From NCBI GenBank assembly GCA_964016885.1, contig OZ024741.1, positions 338,830,001 to 338,894,000 of the forward strand: 64,000 bases of DNA, written 5' to 3'. The stretch's first letter is position 1, and every line of letters begins with the position of its first letter. The notes under the pieces were generated by a model. The model had not been told where the DNA came from and did not search any database. It saw nothing but the letters and a program-made list of their open reading frames with translations. This DNA comes from Eledone cirrhosa (Eukaryota). The translations under genes and the position numbers were made by a program. Positions 13,901 through 27,849 of the stretch are shown here, in pieces.

Positions 13901-15359
13901 GAAGGTGTGTGGTCTACTGGTTAGAGTGTTGGATAGACTGTCATATCTGTGAAGGTGTGTGGTCTACTGGTTAAAGTGCTAGACATACTGTCATATCTGT
14001 GAAGGTGTGTGGTCTACTGGCTAGAGTGTTATACACACTGTCATATCTGTGAAGGTGTGTGGTCTACTGGTTAGAGTGTTGGATAGACTGTCATATCTGT
14101 GAAGGTGTGTGGTCTACTGGTTAGAGTGTTAGACAGACTGTCATATCTGTGAAGGTGTGTGGTCTACTGGTTAGAGTGTTGGACAGACTGTCATATCTGT
14201 GAAGGTGTGTGGTCTACTGGTTAGAGTGTTGGACAGACTGTCATATCTGTGAAGGTGTGTTGTCTACTGGCTAGTGTGTTAGACAGACTGTCATATCTGT
14301 GAAGGTGTGTGGTCTACTAGTTAGAGTGTTGGACAGACTGTCATATCTGTGAAGGCGTGTGATCTACTGGTTAGAGTGTTAGACAGACTGTCATATCTGT
14401 GAAGGTGTGACGTCTATGGTTAGAGTGTTAGACAGACTGTCATATCTGTGAAGGTGTGTGGTCTACTGGTTAGAGTGTTAGATAGACTGTCATATCTGTG
14501 AAGGTGTGTGGTCTACTGGTTAAAGTGCTAGACAGACTGTCATATCTGTGAAGGTGTGTGGTCTACTGGTTAGAGTGTTGGATAGACTGTCATATCTGTG
14601 AAGGTGTGTGGTCTACTGGTTAGAGTGTTGGATAGACTGTCATATCTGTGAAGGTGTGTGGTCTACTGGTTAGAGTGTTAGACAGACTGTCATATCTGTG
14701 AAGGTGTGTGGTCTACTGGCTAGAGTGTTATACACACTGTCATATCTATGAAGGTGTGTGGTCTACTGGTTAGAGTGTTAGACAGACTGTCATATCTGTG
14801 AAGGTGTGTGGTCTACTGGTTAGAGTGTTGGACAGACTGTCATATCTGTGAAGGTGTGTGGTCTACTGGTTAGAGTGTTGGACAGACTGTCATATCTGTG
14901 AAGGTGTGTGGTCTACTGGTTAGAGTGTTGGACAGACTGTCATATCTGTGAAGGTGTGTTGTCTACTGGCTAGTGTGTTAGACAGACTGTCATATCTGTC
15001 AAGGTGTGTGGTTTACTGGTTAGAGTGTTAGATAGACTGTCATATCTGTGAAGATGTGTGGTCTACTGGTTAGAGTGTTAGACAGACTGTCATATCTGTG
15101 AAGGTGTGTGGTCTACTGGTTAGAGTGTTGGATAGACTGTCATATCTGTGAAGGTGTGTGGTCTACTGGTTAGAGTGTTAGACAGACTGTCATATCTGTG
15201 AAGGTGTGTGGTCTACTGGCTAGAATGTTAGACAGACTGTCATATCTGTGAAGGTGTTTGGTCTACTGGTTAGAGTGTTGGACAGACTGTTATATCTGTG
15301 AAGGTGTGTTGTCTACTGGCTAGAGTGTTAGACAGACTGTCATATCTGTGAAGATGTGT

Positions 15360-18300
15360 GGTCTACTGGTTAGAGTGTTGGACTGACCATCATATCTGTG
15401 AAGGTGTGTGGTCTACTGGTTAGAGTGTTAGACAGACTGTCATATCTGTGAAGGTGTGTGGTCTACTGGTTAGAGTGTTGGACAGACTGTCATATGTGTG
15501 AAGGTGTGTGGTCTAGTGGTTAGCGTGTTAGACAGACTGTCATATCTGTGAACGTGTGTGGTCTACTGGGTAGAGTGTTGGACAGACTGTCATATCTGTG
15601 AAGGTATGTGGTCTACTCGTTAGAGTGTTAGACAGACTGTCATATCTGTGAAGGTGTGTTGTCTACTGGTTAGAGTGTTAGAGAGACTGTCATATCTGTG
15701 AAGGTGTGTGGTCTACTGGTTAGAGTGTTAGACAAACTGTCATATCTGTGAAGGTGTGAGGTCTAGTGGTTAGAGTGTTAGATAGACTGTCATATGTGTG
15801 AAGGTGTGAGGTCTATGGTTAGAGTGTTAGACAGACTGTCATATCTGTGAAGGTGTGTGGTCTACTGGTTAGAGTGTTAGACATACTGTCATATCTGTGA
15901 AGGTGTGTGGTCTACTGGTTAAAGTGCTAGACAGACTGTCATATCTGTGAAGGAGTGTGGTCTACTGGCTAGAGTGTGAGACACACTGTCATATCTATGA
16001 AGGTGTGTGGTCTACTGGTTAGAGTGTTAGACAGACTGTCATATCTGTGAAGGTGTGTGGTCTACTGGTAGGGGGTTAGACAGACTGTCATATCTATGAA
16101 GGTGTGTGGTCTACTGGTTAGAGTGTTGGACTGACCATCATATCTGTGAAGGTGTGTGGTCTACTGGTTAGAGTGTTGGACAGACTGTCATATCTGTGAA
16201 GGTGTGTGGTCTACTGGTTAGAGTGTTAGACAGACTGTCATATCTGTGATGGTGTGTGGTCTACTGGTTAGAGTGTTGGACAGACTGTCATATCTGTGAA
16301 GGTGTGTGGTCTACTGGTTAGAGTGTTGGACAGACTGTCATATCTGTGAAGGTGTGTGGTCTACTGGTTAAAGTGCTAGACAGACTGTCATATCTGTAAA
16401 GGTATGTGGTCTACTGGCTAGAGTGTTAGACACACTGTCATATCTATGAAGGTGTATGGACTACTGGTTAGAGTGTTAGACAGACTGTCATATCTGTGAA
16501 GGTGTGTGGTCTACTAGTTAGAGTGTTGGACAGACTGTCATATCTGTGAAGGCGTGTGATCTACTGGTTAGAGTGTTAGACAGACTGTCATATCTGTGAA
16601 GGTGTGACGTCTATGGTTAGAGTGTTAGACAGACTGTCATATCTGTGAAGGTGTGTGGTCTACTGGTTAGAGTGTTAGATAGACTGTCATATCTGTGAAG
16701 GTGTGTGGTCTACTGGTTAAAGTGCTAGACATACTGTCATATCTGTGAAGGTGTGTGGTCTACTGGCTAGAGTGTTATACACACTGTCATATCTATGAAG
16801 GTGTGTGGTCTACTGGTTAGAGTGTTAGACAGACTGTCATATCTGTGAAGGGGTTTGGTCTACTGGTTAGAGTGTTAGACAGACTGTCATATCTGTGAAG
16901 GTCTGTTGTCTACTGGCTAGAGTGTTAGAGAGACTGTCATATCTGTGAAGGTGTGTGGTCTACTGTTTAGAGTGTTAGACAGACTGTCATATCTGTGAAG
17001 GTGTGTGGTCTACTGTTTAGAGTGTTAGACAGACTGTCATATCTGTGAAGGTGTGTGGTCTACTGGCTAGGGTGTTAGACAGACTGTCATATCTATGAAG
17101 GTGTGTGGTCTACTGGTTATAGTGCTGGACTGACCATCATATCTGTGAAGGTGTTTGGTCTACTGGTTAGAGTGTTAGACAGACTGTCATATGTGTGAAG
17201 GTGTGTGGTCTACTGGTTAGAGTGTTAGACAGACTGTCATATCTGTGAAGGTGTGTGGTCTACTGGTTAGAGTGTTGGACTGACTGTCATACCTGTGAAG
17301 GTGTGTGGTCTACTGGTTAGAGTGTTAGACAGACTGTCATATCAGTGAAGGTGTGTGGTCTACTGGTTAGAGTGTTGGACAGACTGTCATATCTGTGAAG
17401 ATGTGTGGTCTACTGGTTAGAGTGTTAGACAGACTGTCATATCTGTGAAGGTGTGTGGTCTACTGGTTAGAGTGTTAGACAGACTGTCATATCTGTGAAG
17501 GTGTGTGGTCTACTGCTTAGAGTGTTGGATAGGCTGTCATATCTGTGAAGGTGTGTGGTCTACTGGTTAGAGTGTTAGACAGACTGTCATATCTGTGAAG
17601 GTGTGTGGTCTACTGGCTAGAATGATAGACAGACTGTCATATCTGTGAAGGTGTGTGGTCTACTGGTTAGAGTGTTAGACAGACTGTCATATCTGTGAAG
17701 GTGTGTGGTCTACTGGTTAGAGTGTTGGACAGACTGTCATATTTGTGAAGGTGTGTGGTCTACTGGTTAGAGTGTTGGACAGACTGTCATATCTGTGAAG
17801 GTGTGTGATCTACTGGTTAGAGTGTTAGACAGACTGTCATATCTGTGAATATGTGTGGTCTACTGGTTAGAGTGTTGGACAGACTGTCATATCTGTGAAG
17901 GTGTGTGGTCTAGTGGTTAGAGTGTTAGACAGACTGTCATATCTGTGAAGGTGTGTGGTCTACTGGTTAGAGTGTTGGACAGACTGTCATACCTGTGAAG
18001 GTGTGTGGTCTACTGGTTATAGTGTTAGACAGACTGTCATATCTGTGAAGGTGTGTGGTCTACTGGTCAGAGTGTTAGACAGACTGTCATATCTGTGAAG
18101 CTGTGTGGTCTACTGGTTAGAGTGTTGGACAGACTGTCATATCTGTGAAGGTGTGTGGTCTACTGGTTAGAGTGTTAGACAAACTGTCATATCTGTGAAG
18201 GTGTGTGGTCTATTGGTTAGAGTGTTAGACAGACTGTCATATCTGTGAAGGTGGGTGGTCTACTGTTTAGAGTGTTGGACAGACTGTCATATCTGTGAAG

Positions 18301-21300
18301 GTGTGTGGTCTACTGGTTAGAGTGTTAGACAAACTGTCATATCTGTGAAGGTGTGTGGTCTACTGGTTAGAGTGTTAGACAGACTGTCATATCTGTGAAG
18401 GTGTGTGGTCTACTGGTTAGAGTGTTGGACAGACTGTCATACCTGTGAAGGTGTGTGGTCTACTGGTTAGTGTGTTAGACAGACTGTCATATCTGTGAAG
18501 TTGTGTGGTCTACTGGTTAGAGTGTTAGCCAGACTGTCATATCTGTGAAGGTGTGTGGTCTACTGGTTAGGGTGTTGGACAGACTGTCATACCTGTGAAG
18601 GTGTGTGGTCTAGTGGTTAGAGTGTTAGACAGACTGTCATATCTGTGAAGGTGTGTGGTCTACTAGTTAGAGTGTTAGACAGACTGTCATATCTGTGAAG
18701 GTGTGTGGTCTACTGGTTAGAGTGTTGGACAGACTGTCATATCTGTGGAGGTGTGTGGTCTAGTGGTTAGAGTGTTAGACAGACTGTCATATCTGTGAAG
18801 GTGTGTGGTCTACTGGTTAGAGTGTTAGACTGACTGTCATACCTGTGAAGGTGTGTGGTCTAGTGGTTAGAGTGTTAGACAGACTGTCATATCTGTGAAG
18901 GTGTGTGGTCTACTGGTTAGAGTGTTAGACAGACTGTCATATCTGTGAAGGTGTGTGGTCTACTGGTTAGAGTGTTAGACAGACTGTCATATCTGTGAAG
19001 GTGTGTGGTCTACTGGTTAGAGTGTTAGACAGACTGTCATATCTGTGAAGGTGTGTGGTCTACTGGTTAGAGTATTGGACAGACTGTCATATCTGTGAAT
19101 GTGTGTGGTCTACTGGATAGAGTGTTGGACTGACCATCATATCTGTGAAGGTGTGTGGTCTACTGGTTAAAGTGTTGGAGTGACCATCATATCTGTAAAG
19201 GTGTGTGGTCTACTGGTTAGAGTGTTGGACAGACTGTCATATCTATGAAGGTGTGTGGTCTAGTGGTTAGAGTGTTAGACAGACTGTCATATCTGTGAAG
19301 GTGTGTGGTCTACTGGTTAGAGTGTTGGACAGACTGTCATACCTGTGAAGGTGTGTGGTCTACTGGTTAGAGTGTTAGACAGACTGTCATATCTGTGAAG
19401 GTGTGTGGTTACTGGTTAGAGTGTTAGACAGACTGTCATATCTGTGAAGGTGTGTGGTCTACTGGTTAGAGTGTTGGACAGACTGTCATATCTGTGAAGG
19501 TGTGTGGTCTACTTGTTAGAGTGTTAGACAAACTGTCATATCTGTGAAGGTGTGTGGTCTACTGGTTAGAGTGTTAGACAGACGGTCATATCTGTGAAGG
19601 TGTGTGGTCTACTGGTTAGAATGTTGGACAGACTGTCATACCTGTGAAGGTGTGTGGTCTACTGGTTAGAGTGTTGGACAGACTGTCATACCTGTGAAGG
19701 TGTGTGGTCTACTGGTTAGAGTGTTGGACTGACCATCATATCTGTGAAGGTGTGTGGTCTACTGGTTAGAGTGTTAGACAGACTGTCATATCTGTGAAGG
19801 TGTGTGGTCTACTGGTTAGAGTGTTGGACAGACTGTCATATGTGTGAAGGTGTGTGGTCTAGTGGTTAGCGTGTTAGACAGACTGTCATATCTGTGAACG
19901 TGTGTGGTCTACTGGGTAGAGTGTTGGACAGACTGTCATATCTGTGAAGGTATGTGGTCTACTCGTTAGAGTGTTAGACAGACTGTCATATCTGTGAAGG
20001 TGTGTTGTCTACTGGTTAGAGTGTTAGAGAGACTGTCATATCTGTGAAGGTGTGTGGTCTACTGGTTAGAGTGTTAGACAAACTGTCATATCTGTGAAGG
20101 TGTGAGGTCTAGTGGTTAGAGTGTTAGATAGACTGTCATATGTGTGAAGGTGTGAGGTCTATGGTTAGAGTGTTAGACAGACTGTCATATCTGTGAAGGT
20201 GTGTGGTCTACTGGTTAGAGTGTTAGACATACTGTCATATCTGTGAAGGTGTGTGGTCTACTGGTTAAAGTGCTAGACAGACTGTCATATCTGTGAAGGA
20301 GTGTGGTCTACTGGCTAGAGTGTGAGACACACTGTCATATCTATGAAGGTGTGTGGTCTACTGGTTAGAGTGTTAGACAGACTGTCATATCTGTGAAGGT
20401 GTGTGGTCTACTGGTAGGGGGTTAGACAGACTGTCATATCTATGAAGGTGTGTGGTCTACTGGTTAGAGTGTTGGACTGACCATCATATCTGTGAAGGTG
20501 TGTGGTCTACTGGTTAGAGTGTTGGACAGACTGTCATATCTGTGAAGGTGTGTGGTCTACTGGTTAGAGTGTTAGACAGACTGTCATATCTGTGATGGTG
20601 TGTGGTCTACTGGTTAGAGTGTTGGACAGACTGTCATATCTGTGAAGGTGTGTGGTCTACTGGTTAGAGTGTTGGACAGACTGTCATATCTGTGAAGGTG
20701 TGTGGTCTACTGGTTAAAGTGCTAGACAGACTGTCATATCTGTAAAGGTATGTGGTCTACTGGCTAGAGTGTTAGACACACTGTCATATCTATGAAGGTG
20801 TATGGACTACTGGTTAGAGTGTTAGACAGACTGTCATATCTGTGAAGGTGTGTGGTCTACTAGTTAGAGTGTTGGACAGACTGTCATATCTGTGAAGGCG
20901 TGTGATCTACTGGTTAGAGTGTTAGACAGACTGTCATATCTGTGAAGGTGTGACGTCTATGGTTAGAGTGTTAGACAGACTGTCATATCTGTGAAGGTGT
21001 GTGGTCTACTGGTTAGAGTGTTAGATAGACTGTCATATCTGTGAAGGTGTGTGGTCTACTGGTTAAAGTGCTAGACATACTGTCATATCTGTGAAGGTGT
21101 GTGGTCTACTGGCTAGAGTGTTATACACACTGTCATATCTATGAAGGTGTGTGGTCTACTGGTTAGAGTGTTAGACAGACTGTCATATCTGTGAAGGGGT
21201 TTGGTCTACTGGTTAGAGTGTTAGACAGACTGTCATATCTGTGAAGGTCTGTTGTCTACTGGCTAGAGTGTTAGAGAGACTGTCATATCTGTGAAGGTGT

Positions 21301-24055
21301 GTGGTCTACTGTTTAGAGTGTTAGACAGACTGTCATATCTGTGAAGGTGTGTGGTCTACTGTTTAGAGTGTTAGACAGACTGTCATATCTGTGAAGGTGT
21401 GTGGTCTACTGGCTAGGGTGTTAGACAGACTGTCATATCTATGAAGGTGTGTGGTCTACTGGTTATAGTGCTGGACTGACCATCATATCTGTGAAGGTGT
21501 TTGGTCTACTGGTTAGAGTGTTAGACAGACTGTCATATGTGTGAAGGTGTGTGGTCTACTGGTTAGAGTGTTAGACAGACTGTCATATCTGTGAAGGTGT
21601 GTGGTCTACTGGTTAGAGTGTTGGACTGACTGTCATACCTGTGAAGGTGTGTGGTCTACTGGTTAGAGTGTTAGACAGACTGTCATATCAGTGAAGGTGT
21701 GTGGTCTACTGGTTAGAGTGTTGGACAGACTGTCATATCTGTGAAGATGTGTGGTCTACTGGTTAGAGTGTTAGACAGACTGTCATATCTGTGAAGGTGT
21801 GTGGTCTACTGGTTAGAGTGTTAGACAGACTGTCATATCTGTGAAGGTGTGTGGTCTACTGCTTAGAGTGTTGGATAGGCTGTCATATCTGTGAAGGTGT
21901 GTGGTCTACTGGTTAGAGTGTTAGACAGACTGTCATATCTGTGAAGGTGTGTGGTCTACTGGCTAGAATGATAGACAGACTGTCATATCTGTGAAGGTGT
22001 GTGGTCTACTGGTTAGAGTGTTAGACAGACTGTCATATCTGTGAAGGTGTGTGGTCTACTGGTTAGAGTGTTGGACAGACTGTCATATTTGTGAAGGTGT
22101 GTGGTCTACTGGTTAGAGTGTTGGACAGACTGTCATATCTGTGAAGGTGTGTGATCTACTGGTTAGAGTGTTAGACAGACTGTCATATCTGTGAATATGT
22201 GTGGTCTACTGGTTAGAGTGTTGGACAGACTGTCATATCTGTGAAGGTGTGTGGTCTAGTGGTTAGAGTGTTAGACAGACTGTCATATCTGTGAAGGTGT
22301 GTGGTCTACTGGTTAGAGTGTTGGACAGACTGTCATACCTGTGAAGGTGTGTGGTCTACTGGTTATAGTGTTAGACAGACTGTCATATCTGTGAAGGTGT
22401 GTGGTCTACTGGTCAGAGTGTTAGACAGACTGTCATATCTGTGAAGCTGTGTGGTCTACTGGTTAGAGTGTTGGACAGACTGTCATATCTGTGAAGGTGT
22501 GTGGTCTACTGGTTAGAGTGTTAGACAAACTGTCATATCTGTGAAGGTGTGTGGTCTATTGGTTAGAGTGTTAGACAGACTGTCATATCTGTGAAGGTGG
22601 GTGGTCTACTGTTTAGAGTGTTGGACAGACTGTCATATCTGTGAAGGTGTGTGGTCTACTGGTTAGAGTGTTAGACAAACTGTCATATCTGTGAAGGTGT
22701 GTGGTCTACTGGTTAGAGTGTTAGACAGACTGTCATATCTGTGAAGGTGTGTGGTCTACTGGTTAGAGTGTTGGACAGACTGTCATACCTGTGAAGGTGT
22801 GTGGTCTACTGGTTAGTGTGTTAGACAGACTGTCATATCTGTGAAGTTGTGTGGTCTACTGGTTAGAGTGTTAGCCAGACTGTCATATCTGTGAAGGTGT
22901 GTGGTCTACTGGTTAGGGTGTTGGACAGACTGTCATACCTGTGAAGGTGTGTGGTCTAGTGGTTAGAGTGTTAGACAGACTGTCATATCTGTGAAGGTGT
23001 GTGGTCTACTAGTTAGAGTGTTAGACAGACTGTCATATCTGTGAAGGTGTGTGGTCTACTGGTTAGAGTGTTGGACAGACTGTCATATCTGTGGAGGTGT
23101 GTGGTCTAGTGGTTAGAGTGTTAGACAGACTGTCATATCTGTGAAGGTGTGTGGTCTACTGGTTAGAGTGTTAGACTGACTGTCATACCTGTGAAGGTGT
23201 GTGGTCTAGTGGTTAGAGTGTTAGACAGACTGTCATATCTGTGAAGGTGTGTGGTCTACTGGTTAGAGTGTTAGACAGACTGTCATATCTGTGAAGGTGT
23301 GTGGTCTACTGGTTAGAGTGTTAGACAGACTGTCATATCTGTGAAGGTGTGTGGTCTACTGGTTAGAGTGTTAGACAGACTGTCATATCTGTGAAGGTGT
23401 GTGGTCTACTGGTTAGAGTATTGGACAGACTGTCATATCTGTGAATGTGTGTGGTCTACTGGATAGAGTGTTGGACTGACCATCATATCTGTGAAGGTGT
23501 GTGGTCTACTGGTTAAAGTGTTGGAGTGACCATCATATCTGTAAAGGTGTGTGGTCTACTGGTTAGAGTGTTGGACAGACTGTCATATCTATGAAGGTGT
23601 GTGGTCTAGTGGTTAGAGTGTTAGACAGACTGTCATATCTGTGAAGGTGTGTGGTCTACTGGTTAGAGTGTTGGACAGACTGTCATACCTGTGAAGGTGT
23701 GTGGTCTACTGGTTAGAGTGTTAGACAGACTGTCATATCTGTGAAGGTGTGTGGTTACTGGTTAGAGTGTTAGACAGACTGTCATATCTGTGAAGGTGTG
23801 TGGTCTACTGGTTAGAGTGTTGGACAGACTGTCATATCTGTGAAGGTGTGTGGTCTACTTGTTAGAGTGTTAGACAAACTGTCATATCTGTGAAGGTGTG
23901 TGGTCTACTGGTTAGAGTGTTAGACAGACGGTCATATCTGTGAAGGTGTGTGGTCTACTGGTTAGAATGTTGGACAGACTGTCATACCTGTGAAGGTGTG
24001 TGGTCTACTGGTTAGAGTGTTGGACAGACTGTCATACCTGTGAAGGTGTGTGGTC
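15360..24055 (+). repeat. Higher-order tandem duplication of 4346 bp (87 monomers)
   Basis: Markers at constant offset 4346: GACTGACCAT 15381/19727, TAGCGTG 15521/19867, GGGGGTTAG 16071/20417, GTGACGTCTATGG 16604/20950. A more diverged third copy occupies ~1-3780. Confidence 0.92.
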
Positions 24056-27000
24056 TACTGGTTAGTGTGTTAGACAGACTGTCATATTTGTGAAGGTGTG
24101 TGGTCTACTGGTTAGAGTGTTAGACAGACTGTCATATCTGTGAAGGTGTGTGGTCTACTGGTTAGAGTGTTGTACAGACTGTCATACCTGTGAAGGTGTG
24201 AGGTCTAGTGGTTAGAGTGTTAGACAGACTGTCATATCTGTGAAGGTGTGTGGTCTACTAGTTAGAGTGTTAGACAGACTGACATATCTGTGTAGGTGTG
24301 TGGTCTACTGATTAGAGTGTTAGACAGACTGTCATATCTGTGAAGGTGTGTGGTCTACTGGTTAGAGTGTTAGCCAGACTGTCATATCTGTGAAGGTGTG
24401 TGGTCTACTGGTTAGAGTGTTGGACAGACTGTCATATCTGTGAAGATGTGTGGTCTACTGGTTAGAGTGTTAGACAGACTGTCATATCTGTGAAGGTGTG
24501 TGGTCTACTGGTTAGAGTGTTAGACAGACTGTCATATCTGTGAAGGTGTGTGGTCTACTGCTTAGAGTGTTGGATAGACTGTCATATCTGTGAAGGTGTG
24601 TGGTCTACTGGTTAGAGCGTTAGACAGACTGTCATATCTGTGAAGGTGTGTGGTCTACTGGTTAGAGTGTTGGACAGACTGTCATATCTGTGAAGGTGTG
24701 TGGTCTACTGGTTAGAGTGTTGGACAGACTGTCATATCTGTGAAGGTGTGTGATCTACTGGTTGGAGGGTTGGACAGACTGTCATATCTGTGAATGTGTG
24801 TGGTCTACTGGTTAGAGTGTTGGACAGACTGTCATATCTGTGAAGGTGTGTGGTCTAGTGGTTAGAGTGTTAGACAGACTGTCATATCTGTGAAGGTGTG
24901 TGGTCTACTGGTTAGAGTGTTGGACTGACTGTCATACCTGTGAAGGTGTGTGGTCTACTGGTTAGAGTGTTAGACAGACTGTCATATCTGTGAAGGTGTG
25001 TGGTCTACTGTTTAGAGTGTTAGACAGACTGTCATATCTGTGAAGGTGTGTGGTCTACTGGCTAGAGTGTTAGACAAACTGTCATATCTGTGAAGGTGTG
25101 TGGTCTACTGGTTAGAGTGTTAGACTGACTGTCATATCTGTGAAGGTGTGTGGTCTACTGGTTAGAATGTTGGACAGACTGTCATACCTGTGAAGGTGTG
25201 TGGTCTACTGGTTAGAGTGTTAGACAGACTGTCATATCTGTGAAGGTTTGTCGTCTACTGTTTAGAGTGTTAGACAGACTGTCATATCTGTGAAGGTGTG
25301 TGGTCTACTGGTTAGAGTGTTGGACAGACTGTCATACCTGTGAAGGTGTGAGGTCTAGTGGTTAGAGTGTTAGACAGACTGTCATATCTGTGAATGTGTG
25401 TGCTCTACTAGTTAGAGTGTTAGACAGACTGTCATATCTGTGAAGGTGTGTGGTCTACTGATTAGAGTGTTAGACAGACTGTCATATCTGTGAAGGTGTG
25501 TGGTCTACTGCTTAGAGTGTTGGATAGACTGTCATATCTGTGAAGGTGTGTGGTCTACTGGTTAGAGTGTTGGACAGACTGTCATACCTGTGGAGGTGTG
25601 TGGTCTAGTGGTTAGAGTGTTAGACAGACTGTCATATCTGTGAAGGTGTGTGGTCTACTGGTTAGAGTGTTAGACTGACTGTCATACCTGTGAAGGTGTG
25701 TGGTCTACTGGTTAGAGTGTTAGACAGACTGTCATATCTGTGAAGGTGTGTGGTCTACTGGTTAGAGTGTTAGACAGACTGTCATATCTGTGAAGGTGTG
25801 TGGTCTACTGGTTAGAGTGTTAGACAGACTGTCATATCTGTGAAGGTGTGTGGTCTACTGGTTAGAGTGTTAGACAGACTGTCATATCTGTGAAGGTGTG
25901 TGGTCTACTGGTTAGAGTATTGGACAGACTGTCATATCTGTGAAGGTGTGTGGTCTACTGGTTAGAGTGTTAGACAAACTGTCATATCTGTGAAGGTGTG
26001 TGGTCTACTGGTTAGAGTGTTAGACAGACTGTCATATCTGTGAAGGTGTGTGGTCTACTGGTTAGAGTGTTAGACAGACTGTCATATCTGTGAAGGTGTG
26101 TGGTCTACTGTTTAGAGTGTTGGACAGACTGTCATATCTGTGAAGGTGTGTGGTCTACTGGTTAGAGTGTTAGACAGACTGTCATATCTGTGAAGGTGTG
26201 TGGTCTACTGGTTAGAGTGTTAGACAGATTGTCATACCTGTGAAGGTGTGTGATCTACTGGTTAGAGTGTTGGACAGACTGTCATATCTGTGAAGGTGTG
26301 TGGTCTACTGGTTAGAGTGTTAGACAAACTGTCATATCTGTGAAGGTGTGTGGTCTACTGGTTAGAGTGTTAGACAGACTGTCATATCTGTGAAGGTGTG
26401 TGGTCTACTGGTTAGAGTGTTAGACAGACTGTCATATCTGTGAAGGTGTGTGGTCTACTGTTTAGAGTGTTGGACAGACTGTCATATCTGTGAAGGTGTG
26501 TGGTCTACTGGTTAGAGTGTTAGACAGACTGTCATATCTGTGAAGGTGTGTGGTCTACTGGTTAGAGTGTTAGACAGACTGTCATATCTGTGAAGGTGTG
26601 TGGTCTACTGGTTAGAGTGTTGGACAGACTGTCATATCTGTGAAGGTGTGTGGTCTACTTGTTAGAGTGTTAGACAAACTGTCATATCTGTGAAGGTGTG
26701 TGGTCTACTGGTTAGAGTGTTAGACAGACGGTCATATCTGTGAAGGTGTGTGGTCTACTGGTTAGAATGTTGGACAGACTGTCATACCTGTGAAGGTGTG
26801 TGGTCTACTGGTTAGAGTGTTAGACAGACTGTCATATCTGTGAAGGTGTGTGGTCTACTGTTTAGAGTGTTGGACAGACTGTCATACCTGTGAAGGTGTG
26901 TGGTCTACTGGTTAGTGTGTTAGACAGACTGTCATATTTGTGAAGGTGTGTGGTCTACTGGTTAGAGTGTTAGACAGACTGTCATATCTGTGAAGGTGTG

Positions 27001-27849
27001 TGGTCTACTGGTTAGAGTGTTGTACAGACTGTCATACATGTGAAGGTGTGAGGTCTAGTGGTTAGAGTGTTAGACAGACTGTCATATCTGTGAAGGTGTG
27101 TGGTCTACTAGTTAGAGTGTTAGACAGACTGACATATCTGTGTAGGTGTGTGGTCTACTGATTAGAGTGTTAGACAGACTGTCATATCTGTGAAGGTGTG
27201 TGGTCTACTGGTTAGAGTGTTAGCCAGACTGTCATATCTGTGAAGGTGTGTGGTCTACTGGTTAGAGTGTTGGACAGACTGTCATATCTGTGAAGATGTG
27301 TGGTCTACTGGTTAGAGTGTTAGACAGACTGTCATATCTGTGAAGGTGTGTGGTCTACTGGTTAGAGTGTTAGACAGACTGTCATATCTGTGAAGGTGTG
27401 TGGTCTACTGCTTCGAGTGTTGGATAGACTGTCATATCTGTGAAGGTGTGTGGTCTACTGGTTAGAGCGTTAGACAGACTGTCATATCTGTGAAGGTGTG
27501 TGGTCTACTGGTTAGAGTGTTAGACAGACTGTCATATCTGTGAAGGTGTGTGGTCTACTGGTTATAGTGTTGGACAGACTGTCATATCTGTGAAGGTGTG
27601 TGGTCTACTGGTTAGAGTGTTGGATAGACTGTCATATCTGTGAAGGTGTGTGGTCTAATGGTTAGAGTGTTGGACAGACTGTCATACCTGTGAAGGTGTG
27701 TGGTCTACTGGTTAGAGTGTTAGACAGACTGTCATATCTGTGAAGGTGTGTGGTCTACTGGTTAGAGTGTTGGACAGACTGTCATACCTGTGAAGGTGTG
27801 AAGTCTAGTGGTTAGAGTGTTAGACAGACTGTCATATCTGTGAAGGTGT

